A DNA stretch of 64,000 nt from a virus: IMG/VR virus record IMGVR_UViG_3300032282_004772, one strand, 5' to 3'. Made by a program: the position numbers and the translations under genes. How positions within the stretch are numbered: the first letter of the stretch is position 1; each line of letters starts with the position of its first letter. Below are positions 21,153 through 32,214 of this stretch, piece after piece. The notes under the pieces are model-generated. The model ran no database searches and had not been told where the DNA came from. It saw only the letters and a list, made by a program, of their open reading frames with translations.

Positions 21153-21362
21153 ATGAACGATATTGAGAAAGTAAGAAAAATAATAAATGAGATTTCTGAT
21201 AGTTCTAATAGTGAACTATTGTTTGCATTGAAATTCTTAAATGAAGATTATGAACAAACCAAGAAACAAATAATAGATTTAACTAAACGTTTAGATAATT
21301 TAGAAATTGTTTATAATAAAATTTTAAAAGAACAAGAAAAGAGATATAATGTCAATCGTTGA
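21153..21362 (+). CDS. Hypothetical coiled-coil protein
   Basis: 69 aa ORF in operon. Confidence 0.55.
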   Translation: MNDIEKVRKIINEISDSSNSELLFALKFLNEDYEQTKKQIIDLTKRLDNLEIVYNKILKEQEKRYNVNR

Positions 21363-22905
21363 TTCAAAAAGACATCTTTGGTTTGCACAGGTTGTAGATA
21401 TTGAAGACCCTTTAATGTTAAATAGAGTTAGGGTTAAGTTCGATACCTTAAACAATATTGCAATATTAAATGCAATACCAAATAAAGTTAATGGGAAGGA
21501 GACAAAATCAGGGGATGATTTATTACCGGAATTTAAATGGACAGAAATTGATTCATTTTGTTGTTTACCATTATTACCTATTTTTTTAAACATCACACCA
21601 AAAAGCGGAGAAACGGTTAATATTATATTTCCAAATAATGAATATAAATTTGATGAACAATATTATATACAAGGAACATTAACTTCTCCTTTATCTTCAT
21701 ATCAAGAAAACTTTAATGCCCAAAGAATGTTTGCGGCAAAAAATAGGATTGAAAATCCAAAACTATTAAAAAATCCCACAAACAATGAATATTATATAAC
21801 AAAAACAAAAGGTGTTTTCATTGAACCAAAAGATATGGGGATTGCTGGTAGAGGTACCGCAGATATTATAGTAAAAGATAGACACGTTTTATTGAGAGCC
21901 GGAAAAAGTACTACTCTACCTGACAACCCAAAAAAAGAAATAAATGTTAATCAAAAAAGAAGTTTTATACAACTCTCAGATTTTTCACAAAGAGAAACTG
22001 AAGAATCTCCAATAGAATCAGTTAGGTTACAACAGGATATTCAATATGTTAAGAGTTTAGTTGAGTGGCACATAATTAATCCTGAAAATAATTTTAATAA
22101 GTTTGATTTTTTTATTTCTTTATATGGAATACCCCCAAGTAGTGCAACAACAAGTTCCACATTACAAATTGATAGTAATGTTCCTCAGTCAGATAAAAAA
22201 TTAATTACAAGAATAAATTTTACAAATAAAAGTATTACGGAAATAGGGATTGAGGTATCAAAATTTTTAAAACAATGTAATGATGGTGAAATAAATTTCC
22301 CACCTAATCCGATTGTTAATTTAGAAAGTGCTGGCCAAAGTCAATTTCCTTTATTTTTTAGACCTTCACCTGAAACTTACGCATATATTGAATCTCCCTC
22401 ATCAGGAAAAGAGTATGTTAATGTAACCGCAGCTGCGTTATCAATTGATTATGGTACTCAAAAAAATGGTGTGGGGTTATTATGGTCTAAAAATAAGACA
22501 GGTCAACAATTTACATTAAGAAAAGATGTACTTAAACAAAAAAGTATCGATAATAATTCTCCAATTACTTATAATATTCACGGTGGAGATAAAATATTAT
22601 TATTATCACATGAAAGTAGAATTCCTTCAAAACCGAAAATTGATTTAAATGATAATACAGTATACGGTATTGAACAAAAATACATTGTTGATAATGTTTT
22701 ACCCGGTACTGACCCTATGGTTAGAGGAGACGAACTTATGAAATTTATGAATACGGTTGTACGATTTTTAATTTCTCACGTACATCCATTTCCTGGTCTA
22801 CCTCCAGTACCTGTTTCTACCGATGGTACTAATGTCGCAGACATTCTTTCGCAATTACAAAATGCTTCAGAGACAATTCTAAATCAAAACATCAGAATTA
22901 ACTAA
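21349..22905 (+). CDS. Baseplate central spike/hub (gp5/VgrG-like OB fold)
   Basis: FAQVVDIEDPLMLNRVRV...PKSGETV OB-fold; C-terminal HVHP HxH tip motif. Confidence 0.7.
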   Translation: MSIVDSKRHLWFAQVVDIEDPLMLNRVRVKFDTLNNIAILNAIPNKVNGKETKSGDDLLPEFKWTEIDSFCCLPLLPIFLNITPKSGETVNIIFPNNEYKFDEQYYIQGTLTSPLSSYQENFNAQRMFAAKNRIENPKLLKNPTNNEYYITKTKGVFIEPKDMGIAGRGTADIIVKDRHVLLRAGKSTTLPDNPKKEINVNQKRSFIQLSDFSQRETEESPIESVRLQQDIQYVKSLVEWHIINPENNFNKFDFFISLYGIPPSSATTSSTLQIDSNVPQSDKKLITRINFTNKSITEIGIEVSKFLKQCNDGEINFPPNPIVNLESAGQSQFPLFFRPSPETYAYIESPSSGKEYVNVTAAALSIDYGTQKNGVGLLWSKNKTGQQFTLRKDVLKQKSIDNNSPITYNIHGGDKILLLSHESRIPSKPKIDLNDNTVYGIEQKYIVDNVLPGTDPMVRGDELMKFMNTVVRFLISHVHPFPGLPPVPVSTDGTNVADILSQLQNASETILNQNIRIN

Positions 22906-22934
22906 TTATTGATATTTATTATTAAAAAGTAATA

Positions 22935-24551
22935 ATGTCAATACACAGGTCTTATTTCAGCAAGAATAATACGATATTTCTTGATTCAAATGTTAACACA
23001 GGAAGAAATCCTGTAGTTGACTTATATTTCGGAACAAATATAAATGGATTATCTCAAAGTGGATACTCAAGATTTATTTTTGATTTGGACCTTCAACCTT
23101 TGTTAGATAAAATTTCAGATGGTACTATAACTACACAATGTGTGAACAATATGACACACATATTAACAATGACAAATACAATCAGATTTGATGAAGATTT
23201 GTTAAACACTCTTAATTCTGATGAAAGGAAAAGAGCGAGTTCATTTGATTTAATTTTATTTAGGTTACCTAATATTGTTTGTTCTGCCGATACATCATTA
23301 GCTCCTTTACCACCTACTCCAACACCGACACCCGGAGGAAATCCTTGTGAAACAGTAACTACCACAATAGCGCCTGTAACAACAACTACAACTACATGTT
23401 ACCCAGGATTACAAGAATGGGATGAAGGCGTGGGGTATGATTATAGAAACCCTAAAAAAGGAATAACATTTTTAGATGGTGACGCAAAATACCAACCTCC
23501 TTTAATTGATAATAGTTACTCAACTAGACCATCTAATTGGTTTCAAAACCAAAATATGGAATATTGGTCTGAGCCAGGAATCTATTCAAATACTAATACT
23601 TCCAATGCCGTTAATTTTACTGATTTGGTTATTGTTGATATTCAACATTTTGACCACGGTAATGAAGATATAAATTTTGATATGACGAATGAAATCAACG
23701 GGATACTAAATGGTTCCATAACAAATGTTACAGGATGGGGTATTGCGTATAGACCTGAATTTGAGTTAGCAACAGGGCTGACTTCAAATTATAGTGTTTC
23801 ATTTTTTTCTAGACATACTCAAACTTTCTATGAACCATATCTATTAACAAACTATGATGATTTGATACAAGATGATAGAGACTTATTTGTACAGAATATA
23901 CCTAATAAATTATACTTATTTGCATACGTGGATGGAGATTTGGTTAATTTGGATTCAAATCCTATCGTATCAATTTTAGACCCTAATGGAGACCCAATTC
24001 CTTCATTAACAGGACTAACAACTTGTCCAAGGACAAAAGGAATATATGAAGTAGAAATACCATCATTAACAGGATATACGACTCCTTGTCAGTTTAACGA
24101 TATATGGTCAAATTTAAGCTTAAACGGAGTTCCTTTACCGGATGTTGAAAATGAATTTGTGTTACAACCATATAAGAATAGAATAATGGTCGGACCTCAA
24201 TCAAAAGAACCTTCAATTTTTGGTTTTGATTTTTACGGTATAAAACAAGATGAGAAAATTTTAAATACAGACGTTAGAAAGGTTGGGGTTGTAATTAAAA
24301 AGGCTTATACCACAAAACAACTACTACAAAATGTTGATGGATATTATAGAATTTATGTAAGAGAAGGTACAACAGAAGTACAAATACAAGATTGGACCAA
24401 ACTTAACAGAACACCTAATGAGTATTATTTTATTTTTGACACTAGAGATAAAATCCCTAACGAATATTTTATAGATATAAGGGTAAATACTAGTGGTGAA
24501 AAAGATACCTATAAAAGAACTGTTAAGTTTTTAATAGTTAACAAAAAATAA
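22935..24551 (+). CDS. Virion structural protein with Pro/Thr linker
   Basis: 538 aa; PPTPTPTP and TTTTTT insert; late motif upstream. Confidence 0.6.
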   Translation: MSIHRSYFSKNNTIFLDSNVNTGRNPVVDLYFGTNINGLSQSGYSRFIFDLDLQPLLDKISDGTITTQCVNNMTHILTMTNTIRFDEDLLNTLNSDERKRASSFDLILFRLPNIVCSADTSLAPLPPTPTPTPGGNPCETVTTTIAPVTTTTTTCYPGLQEWDEGVGYDYRNPKKGITFLDGDAKYQPPLIDNSYSTRPSNWFQNQNMEYWSEPGIYSNTNTSNAVNFTDLVIVDIQHFDHGNEDINFDMTNEINGILNGSITNVTGWGIAYRPEFELATGLTSNYSVSFFSRHTQTFYEPYLLTNYDDLIQDDRDLFVQNIPNKLYLFAYVDGDLVNLDSNPIVSILDPNGDPIPSLTGLTTCPRTKGIYEVEIPSLTGYTTPCQFNDIWSNLSLNGVPLPDVENEFVLQPYKNRIMVGPQSKEPSIFGFDFYGIKQDEKILNTDVRKVGVVIKKAYTTKQLLQNVDGYYRIYVREGTTEVQIQDWTKLNRTPNEYYFIFDTRDKIPNEYFIDIRVNTSGEKDTYKRTVKFLIVNKK

Positions 24552-24577
24552 AAATATTTATATATAAAAAATACAAA

Positions 24578-27500
24578 ATGGGAAATTTAAAAAAAGATAG
24601 CAATAATTTTTGGTCAGGAAAAACCAAATCTTTTATTGAAACGATTTTTGGTGGAAAAACCATCGAAGAAATAAAATCTATGTCGATAGAAGATAGAAAA
24701 TCTCTTTTAATAAAAAAAGAAACTCCTACGACAGGACATACTTCAAGTATGAGCGGTCGTACATCATTTGATGTTCCAAAAAGAATGTCAAATGATAAAC
24801 ACAGGAGTGTAAGTCTTTCGGGAAAAACAACTTCTAATGTTAAACCAAAATCGGCACCAGAACCATTAAGGATAAAACCTTCAAATCTAAAAAAAGAGGC
24901 TCACGAATATAGAAAATCCACTCCGACAAAATATAGTGGTTCTACCTCAAATAATATAAAAAGTTTAAACACACTTAGTTTTAATAACAATATAAACTCA
25001 AACCCAAATTCAGTGGCAGGAACTGTAGATTATAGTTTTCCTGCAGGAGTAAATTTTATTGGCTCAATTTATGGATTTGATGGTGAGGTATATGCAATTG
25101 AAATACAAAAAGACGGTAAAATATTAGTAGGGGGTGATTTTGGTACTTACTATAGTTATGATTATCCTGAAGGTTATAGTGCAGCGTATTTAATCAGATT
25201 GAACTCTGATGGAACTGTTGATGATACATTCTCGACAGGTAATATAAATGGAGATGTTTTCACAATTGCAATACAACCGGATGGTAAAATATTATTAGGT
25301 GGTAATTTTGGTTATTATGATGGATTAAATCCTAATAATATTATAAGAATTAACCCTGATGGTAGTCCTGATTATTCATTTGTGTATGGTTCAGGATTTA
25401 ACGCACCGGTTAATGTAATTACATTACAGTCTGATGGTAAAATATTAGTTGGTGGTATCTTTGGTCAATATAATAGTAATACCGCATATTATTTGATTAG
25501 ATTAAACTCTAATGGTTCAATTGATAATTCATTCGTATATGGTAACGATGTCGTATCGTTTAATGGCGCGGTTAATGACATCAAAGTACAATCAGATGGA
25601 AAAATATTAGTTGTTGGTGAATTTAGTACTTATGCAGAGAATAGTTCAAATTATATAATTAGATTAAATAGCGATGGTACAAGAGATACTACATTTGTTA
25701 TTGGTACAGGATTTAGTAACATAGTATATTCAATTGATTTACAATCAGACGGAAAAATAATTGTTGGTGGTGATTTTTACGATTATGGTTATTATAACGG
25801 AAATTTATGTAATTCCATCGTTAGATTAAATACTGACGGTTCCTTAGATAGTACATTTGGATATGGTGTTTATGGAGGAGTTTATAAAGTTAAAGTTCAA
25901 TCTGATGATAAAATTTTAATTGGGGGATATTTTTATGATTATTACCCATATTTTAATGATTGGACCTCATTTAATGTTGACAAATTAATAAGATTTAATC
26001 CTGACACAACTTTTGATTATAACTTTTATTATAAAGACATAATTAATTATGATACATATGCGATAAATTTACAATCAGATGGTAAAATATTAGTTGGGGG
26101 AAGTTTTTATAATGATGGGGATGCTTCGACATACCCTTTAAATCGTTTTGGTAGATTAAACAATACTATCTCTTTATACAAATATGTTTATTCAATACTT
26201 AGTGATTGTTATGAAAACCCAAAAACATATTCAATGGGTTCAAATACTCTTCTAACTGAAGATGATTACTATAATGAGTGTGTTGTTTCGGCAACTGAAT
26301 TAGGGGGTGCGTCTAATACCATTACAGGATATATTATATTAGATGGAGACAATCCTTTATTCACAAAATCAAAACCTGATTGTGAATTTGTTAAAAAATA
26401 TAATAGTTGTTCTGAATCTATTTTAGATAACTACAAATATGTTGTTGCGTATTCATTACTTGAAAATGAATGGGATTATTTTACAGTCGATAGCAGATAT
26501 GAAGTTGGAGACATATTCTTCATTAACGAAAAATTTGAGGCAGATGAATTTGAAGTTAGGTCTTGTTTTAGAATAACAGAAATAATAACAAATGATTATG
26601 GTAATTATTACCAACCAATAAAATACATTCCTTATAAAACTTGTGAGGAATGCGTTAGAGCAAATGGAGTTCCTTATCGATTATATTCTTACACAAATGA
26701 CTCTACACAAAAAGTTATAAGTTATCAATATTTTAACTATGATGGATATGTTAATGACTTTTTTGTAAAAACTAGCTTTTTATTAACACCAAGTTCTTAT
26801 GATTATATTAATTTCGTAAGTGATAGTCCGGCATTTCCAAACATGTATGAATATGGATTAGTTCCAAAAATTTATAGTACGGTATCAATAGATAGTAATA
26901 ATAATTTTTTTGGTACTGCGGCAGAATTAATGTCTAAAAAAGGAAGTGGTGAGTATGACTACCGATTTAATCCATATTACGGTTCTTACCAAGGATTTAA
27001 CGATTATGTGTTTTCAACATATGAATTAAAAAATGGTCAAATTTTAGTTGGTGGAACTTTTGATTATTATAATAACGAACCATTAAATTCATATGGAATT
27101 GCAAAATTAAATGTAGATGGATTATTGGATAATAAATTTCAACCAAATTTATTTGGTGTTAATTCTATTTATACATTTGCAGAACAATCAGATGGAAAAA
27201 TTTTAATTGGTGGCAATTTTGAAGGGGCAGGTAATTTAGAATCATATTATTTAGTTAGAGTAGATAAAAATGGTATTTTAGATTCAGAATTCACCAATAA
27301 CATAATGAAAGATGGAGGATTAGATGGTTCTGTACATAAAATCGTGATTTTACCTTCAGGAAAAATTTTACTTGCAGGTGAATTCTACCAATTAGGTAAT
27401 GAAGTGGTCTATGGATTTGTAATGTTAAATTCTGACGGCACAATAAATCAAAAATTCTTACAAACTAAAGTACAACCTGATTGGTATTCTTACGAAATTT

Positions 27501-29209
27501 GTTTAGACTCAAACGGTAAAATACTTTTAGGAGGTGGATTTCAGTATGTGTATAACCCAAAAGAAGATAGTAATTATGAAATAACAAGTATTATTAGATT
27601 AAATTCTGATGGTAGTCTTGATACCGATTTTAGTTTTGGAGCGGGGTTATACAATGATGAGTTTGAAACTTTTGTAACAAGAATAGTAAAAGACAATAAT
27701 GGTAAAATCTTAGTTTCAGGAGCGTTTAATTATTATAATGGTGACTATGTGGGATTTGGTCTTGTAAGGATAAACCCAGATGGAACTTGGGATGATAGTT
27801 TATCTATCGGAAATGGATTTAACTATCAACCTGTATATTCTGTAGTAGTCCAACCTGATGATAAAATTATTGCGGGAGGGTTCTTTAGTTATTATGCGGC
27901 TTATGACGGATATAACGCACCATATATATTTAGATTGAATAATGATGGTACCCCTGATTTAACGTTTTTCCCTGTTAAATTTGGGTCTGGTTTTAATGAC
28001 CCAGTAACAACTTTAAACACATCAAAAGACGGTGAATTAATTGTTGGTGGATTTTTTACTTCTTATTTGTGGTTTGCGTTTGGAAGTGACGGAGCGGTTG
28101 TGAAATTATTCATAGCAAATGATTATGATTCTTATGATTTTAACACATGTTCAACATCTGAATCTTCTTTAATTTATTTACCAAGTAGTGTAAACACATC
28201 AGATGATTTTTTAAAAGGTAATGTCAATAATTCTCCTTCAGTTTGCGGACAATATGGTAATGTTGTTTCAGGTTCAAGTGTTGAATCAGGTAGCAATTAT
28301 TTTAGTGGTGATGATTATTTAGTTGTTTCCGACTCAACAGATGAAGACTTTTTATTAGCAGATGAAGATTTTACAATAGAATGGTATCAAAACTATAATT
28401 ATGATGGACAAAGTCCTATTGTATTCTCAAAAGGTGTTGAGAATGATGTTGACATTATGTTTTCAATAGAAAATGGTAATAGGATATATCTTTGGATTAA
28501 AAATTATTATTATGATTTTGGTTATTTTTATGGTTTAGATTATTGGAATCATTTTGCAATAACCAGAAACAATAATATTATAAGATTATTTAAAAATGGA
28601 ACTGAATTGAAAGCTATTGGTTCAAGTAACGATAATTTTTGGGCAGGACAAGATATATTATTCCAAGGAAGTTTAGTAAGCACGGGTTATCCTCTCATAA
28701 TCGGTAATGCAGGTTCTTCAAGTAGTAATAGACAATATTATGGTGCGATAACAAACTTTAGATGGATTAAAGGAACTTGTTTATATGACGCTAATTTTGA
28801 TGTTTCTACCTCACCTTTGAAAAACTTACCTAATACAAAATTATTATTACTTTCTAAAAATGAAACAGATTTATTGTTAGACTCTAGTTCAGAAAATAAA
28901 ACAGTTACCCAAGGAGGTTCAGGACCTACTGATTGGAGTGATGATTCTCCTTTTGTAGGAGGTAATGCTCTCTACTCTTTATTTAATTCTGATGCGACAA
29001 TAACATATTCATCTTGTAATTCATGTTCAGAAACTGAATATTTAAACGTTACAACATTCGCATTTAATGGAGTTAAATCTGTGGTTGAATCAACCCAAAT
29101 GAAATGGTCTACAATACAAAATGTATTACTTAATGGACCGTATTTTAACACCACAATGGCAGGTGAAGTAAGTCCATATATTTATGGAATAATGAATTAT
29201 TACAGATAA
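24578..29209 (+). CDS. Delta-60-repeat double beta-propeller plus LamG-like protein (adhesin/fiber)
   Basis: Two blocks of seven (Q)xDGKILxGG...RLNxDG repeats; DFTIEW...WNHFAITR...GAITNFRW LamG. Confidence 0.8.
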   Translation: MGNLKKDSNNFWSGKTKSFIETIFGGKTIEEIKSMSIEDRKSLLIKKETPTTGHTSSMSGRTSFDVPKRMSNDKHRSVSLSGKTTSNVKPKSAPEPLRIKPSNLKKEAHEYRKSTPTKYSGSTSNNIKSLNTLSFNNNINSNPNSVAGTVDYSFPAGVNFIGSIYGFDGEVYAIEIQKDGKILVGGDFGTYYSYDYPEGYSAAYLIRLNSDGTVDDTFSTGNINGDVFTIAIQPDGKILLGGNFGYYDGLNPNNIIRINPDGSPDYSFVYGSGFNAPVNVITLQSDGKILVGGIFGQYNSNTAYYLIRLNSNGSIDNSFVYGNDVVSFNGAVNDIKVQSDGKILVVGEFSTYAENSSNYIIRLNSDGTRDTTFVIGTGFSNIVYSIDLQSDGKIIVGGDFYDYGYYNGNLCNSIVRLNTDGSLDSTFGYGVYGGVYKVKVQSDDKILIGGYFYDYYPYFNDWTSFNVDKLIRFNPDTTFDYNFYYKDIINYDTYAINLQSDGKILVGGSFYNDGDASTYPLNRFGRLNNTISLYKYVYSILSDCYENPKTYSMGSNTLLTEDDYYNECVVSATELGGASNTITGYIILDGDNPLFTKSKPDCEFVKKYNSCSESILDNYKYVVAYSLLENEWDYFTVDSRYEVGDIFFINEKFEADEFEVRSCFRITEIITNDYGNYYQPIKYIPYKTCEECVRANGVPYRLYSYTNDSTQKVISYQYFNYDGYVNDFFVKTSFLLTPSSYDYINFVSDSPAFPNMYEYGLVPKIYSTVSIDSNNNFFGTAAELMSKKGSGEYDYRFNPYYGSYQGFNDYVFSTYELKNGQILVGGTFDYYNNEPLNSYGIAKLNVDGLLDNKFQPNLFGVNSIYTFAEQSDGKILIGGNFEGAGNLESYYLVRVDKNGILDSEFTNNIMKDGGLDGSVHKIVILPSGKILLAGEFYQLGNEVVYGFVMLNSDGTINQKFLQTKVQPDWYSYEICLDSNGKILLGGGFQYVYNPKEDSNYEITSIIRLNSDGSLDTDFSFGAGLYNDEFETFVTRIVKDNNGKILVSGAFNYYNGDYVGFGLVRINPDGTWDDSLSIGNGFNYQPVYSVVVQPDDKIIAGGFFSYYAAYDGYNAPYIFRLNNDGTPDLTFFPVKFGSGFNDPVTTLNTSKDGELIVGGFFTSYLWFAFGSDGAVVKLFIANDYDSYDFNTCSTSESSLIYLPSSVNTSDDFLKGNVNNSPSVCGQYGNVVSGSSVESGSNYFSGDDYLVVSDSTDEDFLLADEDFTIEWYQNYNYDGQSPIVFSKGVENDVDIMFSIENGNRIYLWIKNYYYDFGYFYGLDYWNHFAITRNNNIIRLFKNGTELKAIGSSNDNFWAGQDILFQGSLVSTGYPLIIGNAGSSSSNRQYYGAITNFRWIKGTCLYDANFDVSTSPLKNLPNTKLLLLSKNETDLLLDSSSENKTVTQGGSGPTDWSDDSPFVGGNALYSLFNSDATITYSSCNSCSETEYLNVTTFAFNGVKSVVESTQMKWSTIQNVLLNGPYFNTTMAGEVSPYIYGIMNYYR

Positions 29210-29234
29210 ACAAATTAAAAAAAAAAATAATACA

Positions 29235-29459
29235 ATGATACCAAATAACTTATTCCCCAATTTAGCAAGAGGTTTAGCCCCGTTATCGGCAGGAACCTTT
29301 GTATCTTACATTTGTGTTGTATGTCAATTACCTGATGGTTCTTGGGAAGCAGTACAAGCACAAGACACTCCTCATCCTGTTTATACAAATGGGTTAGGAA
29401 AAGATATAGTTCAAACACAAATGGTAACAATCGGAGGGATTGACGGATTAAATAATTAA
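29235..29459 (+). CDS. Hypothetical protein
   Basis: 74 aa ORF in operon. Confidence 0.55.
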   Translation: MIPNNLFPNLARGLAPLSAGTFVSYICVVCQLPDGSWEAVQAQDTPHPVYTNGLGKDIVQTQMVTIGGIDGLNN

Positions 29460-29463
29460 AGAT

Positions 29464-29913
29464 ATGAAAAAGATAGTAAAACTTACAGAAAGAGATATTA
29501 ACGTTATCTTAAATAAAGTTATCCAAGAACAAAAAACCGACCGATATATGTTCTTTTCTAATTTAGAACAAATTAAAAGACAATGTGATTTGTTGTTAGA
29601 AATGGATGAGGAAGCTATACATAATGTTTTAGAAAATGGGCATGATTGGGCTCAAGACCATATTGCAACGGCCAAAGAATCAATTGACCAAGTTTTTGAT
29701 TTTTTAATGAATGAATCAAAAACTGATTATGATATGATGAGTGAAGGTAAAAAGAAATCAGGAACAAAACTATGTTCAAGAGGTAAGGCGGCAGCAAAGG
29801 CTAAATTTAAAGTCTATCCAAGTGCATACGCTAATGGATATGCGGTACAAGTATGTAAAGGTCGGATGCCAGGTTCTGATGGGGAAAAAAGATGTTCACC
29901 ACCTTATTGTTAA
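29464..29913 (+). CDS. Putative internal head protein with YPSAYAN module
   Basis: N-terminus MKKIVKLTE; C-terminus KFKVYPSAYANGYAVQVC. Confidence 0.55.
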   Translation: MKKIVKLTERDINVILNKVIQEQKTDRYMFFSNLEQIKRQCDLLLEMDEEAIHNVLENGHDWAQDHIATAKESIDQVFDFLMNESKTDYDMMSEGKKKSGTKLCSRGKAAAKAKFKVYPSAYANGYAVQVCKGRMPGSDGEKRCSPPYC

Positions 29914-29919
29914 AAAACA

Positions 29920-29945
29920 AAAAACCCCTCATAAGAGGGGTTTTT
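29920..29945. terminator. Bidirectional rho-independent terminator
   Basis: AAAAACCCCTC-ATAA-GAGGGGTTTTT between convergent genes. Confidence 0.85.
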
Positions 29946-29947
29946 AA

Positions 29948-30397
29948 TTACTTACTTTCTTCGTTTACTTCTTCGTCTATGGATAAAAGTTCCAATTCAA
30001 AAGTCAAATTTTTACCTGCCATAGGATGATTGTGGTCAAGTTTAGCCGTCTCTTCTCCAATTTCCAATACTTTTACCAAAAACATTCCTTGAGGTCCCGA
30101 ACCTTGTAACGTCTGACCTACTTCAAGGTCAGCTGGTAGTTGTGATTTAGGTACGTCAACAATCGCTTCAGGATTAATTTCTCCGTATCCTTCAGATGGA
30201 TTAAGAGTGATTGTCTTTTTTTCTCCTACGGACATATCAATTAATCCGTTTTCAAAACCTTTAATTAATTGTCCTTTACCTAAAGTTGCCTTTAATGGTT
30301 CTCTACCTTCGTTTAAAGAACTATCGAAAACTGTTCCGTCTTCAAATTTACCTGTGTAGTGAACAGATATTGTATCACCGTTTTTAACTTTGCTCAT
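29948..30397 (-). CDS. FKBP-type peptidyl-prolyl isomerase (SlyD/FkpB-like)
   Basis: VHYTGKFEDGTVFDSS, GQLIKGFE, LDHNHPMAGKNLTFELE. Confidence 0.95.
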   Translation of the reverse strand: MSKVKNGDTISVHYTGKFEDGTVFDSSLNEGREPLKATLGKGQLIKGFENGLIDMSVGEKKTITLNPSEGYGEINPEAIVDVPKSQLPADLEVGQTLQGSGPQGMFLVKVLEIGEETAKLDHNHPMAGKNLTFELELLSIDEEVNEESK

Positions 30398-30475
30398 TTT
30401 TTATTTGTTTTGATTAAAAGATACCAATATATTTTATTAATATCAATACATCATAAAAAAAATTTTTTAATAAAG

Positions 30476-30507
30476 TTTGTATTAATTATGAATTAATCTT
30501 ATCTTTG
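30476..30507 (+). promoter_or_regulatory. Bacteroidota sigma-A promoter (-33/-7)
   Basis: TTTG-N20-TATCTTTG. Confidence 0.75.
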
Positions 30508-30528
30508 TCAAAACAAAAAAAAATAAAT

Positions 30529-30942
30529 ATGAGTTTATTTAAAAACCTAACGTCTAAAAGAATACCCGTTTTATTTCGTAAATTCAAAAATAGATTGGCA
30601 AAAAAGATTGATGATGCCAAAAATTTAGATGAGATTCAAATACAAACTATTAAAAACATTAGGATTATGATGTCAAAAAAAGATGCAATCCTATTAATCG
30701 CTCCAATTTCAGGAGTTTGTCATATTGAATGGGAACACTATTTTGTTAAGATTGGAGATTCTTCAATCACCATAACCAACGGTAAATTTTCATATTATAT
30801 ATGGTTACCAGTTACTTCTATGACATACCTAAAAGATATGTTCTACAGACAAGTAGAACACCGTAGGAAGACGCTTGAGTCTAAGTATGATGAATCTACC
30901 TTAAGTAACCTAAAATCGATTTATACCCAACTTATGCCGTAA
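30529..30942 (+). CDS. Hypothetical protein (early)
   Basis: ORF; start moved to the ATG downstream of the promoter. Confidence 0.6.
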   Translation: MSLFKNLTSKRIPVLFRKFKNRLAKKIDDAKNLDEIQIQTIKNIRIMMSKKDAILLIAPISGVCHIEWEHYFVKIGDSSITITNGKFSYYIWLPVTSMTYLKDMFYRQVEHRRKTLESKYDESTLSNLKSIYTQLMP

Positions 30943-31864
30943 TATCCCTATTTGATACTACCTCAATTAAAATATCAAGTAATCTATCTTTAAACGACTC
31001 ATTCTTTTTCTTTTTTGGTTCATAATGAACCATTTTCGGAGAGTTTCCTGTTCCTGTTTTTGAATGAGTTTTTTCTGCCTTTCTTTTTTGTTGACACGCA
31101 GCTCTTTTCTGAGAGTCACTCATTTTCCCCGCAACTCCTGCTGCACGACATTTTGGATACCCTCTATCTGAAGCTTCAGGTCTTCCGCAAGGTGGATGTT
31201 TTCCATTGACTTTACGACAAATATTCACCCAAGGACCTTTTGGTTGTTTACTCCCCTTTGGTTTTTTTTTAGTTCCAAACCAAACTGCTAAATCTTCATT
31301 TAATTTATTTTTGGTCAATTTTTTTAATGTCTGTATATCCTCAATAAATTTATCTTTATACATCCCCCCACAATAAATGGTTAAAAAATCAAAAACATCT
31401 TCATCACCATTTTTTATTTTATGTAATATGTCTTTTTTTGCATCATCGACTGAAAAATATTTCCCACTTCTAAACTGAATTTTTGACGCTTTAATAATAA
31501 TTGGATAAATATCTTTAATTAACTGACCTATGTTTGCTTTGTCTGATTCAACAATTTTACCGACACCCTGATTTAAGATATCCCCATCATCATCATTTCC
31601 TGATGGATGTTTTTCAATAAATTTAGATATTTTCAATGCTTTTTTTTCAATTTTTTGTGCAGTTTTTTTAGACACATCCAACTTACCATCATAACTATCA
31701 TAAGCAAGTTCAGCGTCATTATATTTTGAAACATTGACTATAAATGGGTCTAATTCCTTCTTTTTAAATATTCTTACACCTGGAGATAATGGAACTGTAA
31801 ATCTACCTGAAGACATTCCTGCTCCTGTGGCTTCATTTATATTGTTGGGAGTTTCTATAGACAT
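30932..31864 (-). CDS. Putative internal head protein with basic Cys-containing module
   Basis: INEA/IVES/LNED motifs; LAVWF...WVNIC...PCGR...YPKCR. Confidence 0.55.
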   Translation of the reverse strand: MSIETPNNINEATGAGMSSGRFTVPLSPGVRIFKKKELDPFIVNVSKYNDAELAYDSYDGKLDVSKKTAQKIEKKALKISKFIEKHPSGNDDDGDILNQGVGKIVESDKANIGQLIKDIYPIIIKASKIQFRSGKYFSVDDAKKDILHKIKNGDEDVFDFLTIYCGGMYKDKFIEDIQTLKKLTKNKLNEDLAVWFGTKKKPKGSKQPKGPWVNICRKVNGKHPPCGRPEASDRGYPKCRAAGVAGKMSDSQKRAACQQKRKAEKTHSKTGTGNSPKMVHYEPKKKKNESFKDRLLDILIEVVSNRDITA

Positions 31865-31905
31865 TTTAAAATAAAACAGTTATTTTTATTATAAATACCT
31901 TGTAA

Positions 31906-32148
31906 ATGGAAAATAATCAGTCACAAAACCCAATAGGTTCTTTATTTGATACCGTTAATTATTATAACTTAGATGATTTAGATAAGTTTATTACATCTAT
32001 GAGTTATGAGCAGGCTATGTATTTTTTGGTGGAGGCGGTTCAATCGGCATACAGAAGAAACTCATTTACAATGGCCGAGTCAGAAGTGATTTCAAAATCA
32101 ATAAGAACTCTGTCAAAACCTATTACACCAAAAGAACCCACTGAATAA
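31906..32148 (+). CDS. Hypothetical protein
   Basis: 80 aa ORF. Confidence 0.55.
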   Translation: MENNQSQNPIGSLFDTVNYYNLDDLDKFITSMSYEQAMYFLVEAVQSAYRRNSFTMAESEVISKSIRTLSKPITPKEPTE

Positions 32149-32161
32149 TTTTTTAAAAAAG

Positions 32162-32192
32162 TTTGTAGATTTAATTTTTATATGTATCTTTG
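32162..32192 (+). promoter_or_regulatory. Bacteroidota sigma-A promoter
   Basis: TTTG-N19-TATCTTTG. Confidence 0.75.
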
Positions 32193-32214
32193 TAGAACAA
32201 AATCAAATAAATCT

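Noticed and set aside
24578-29209. Diversity-generating retroelement target
   Set aside because: No reverse transcriptase and no template/variable repeat pair seen
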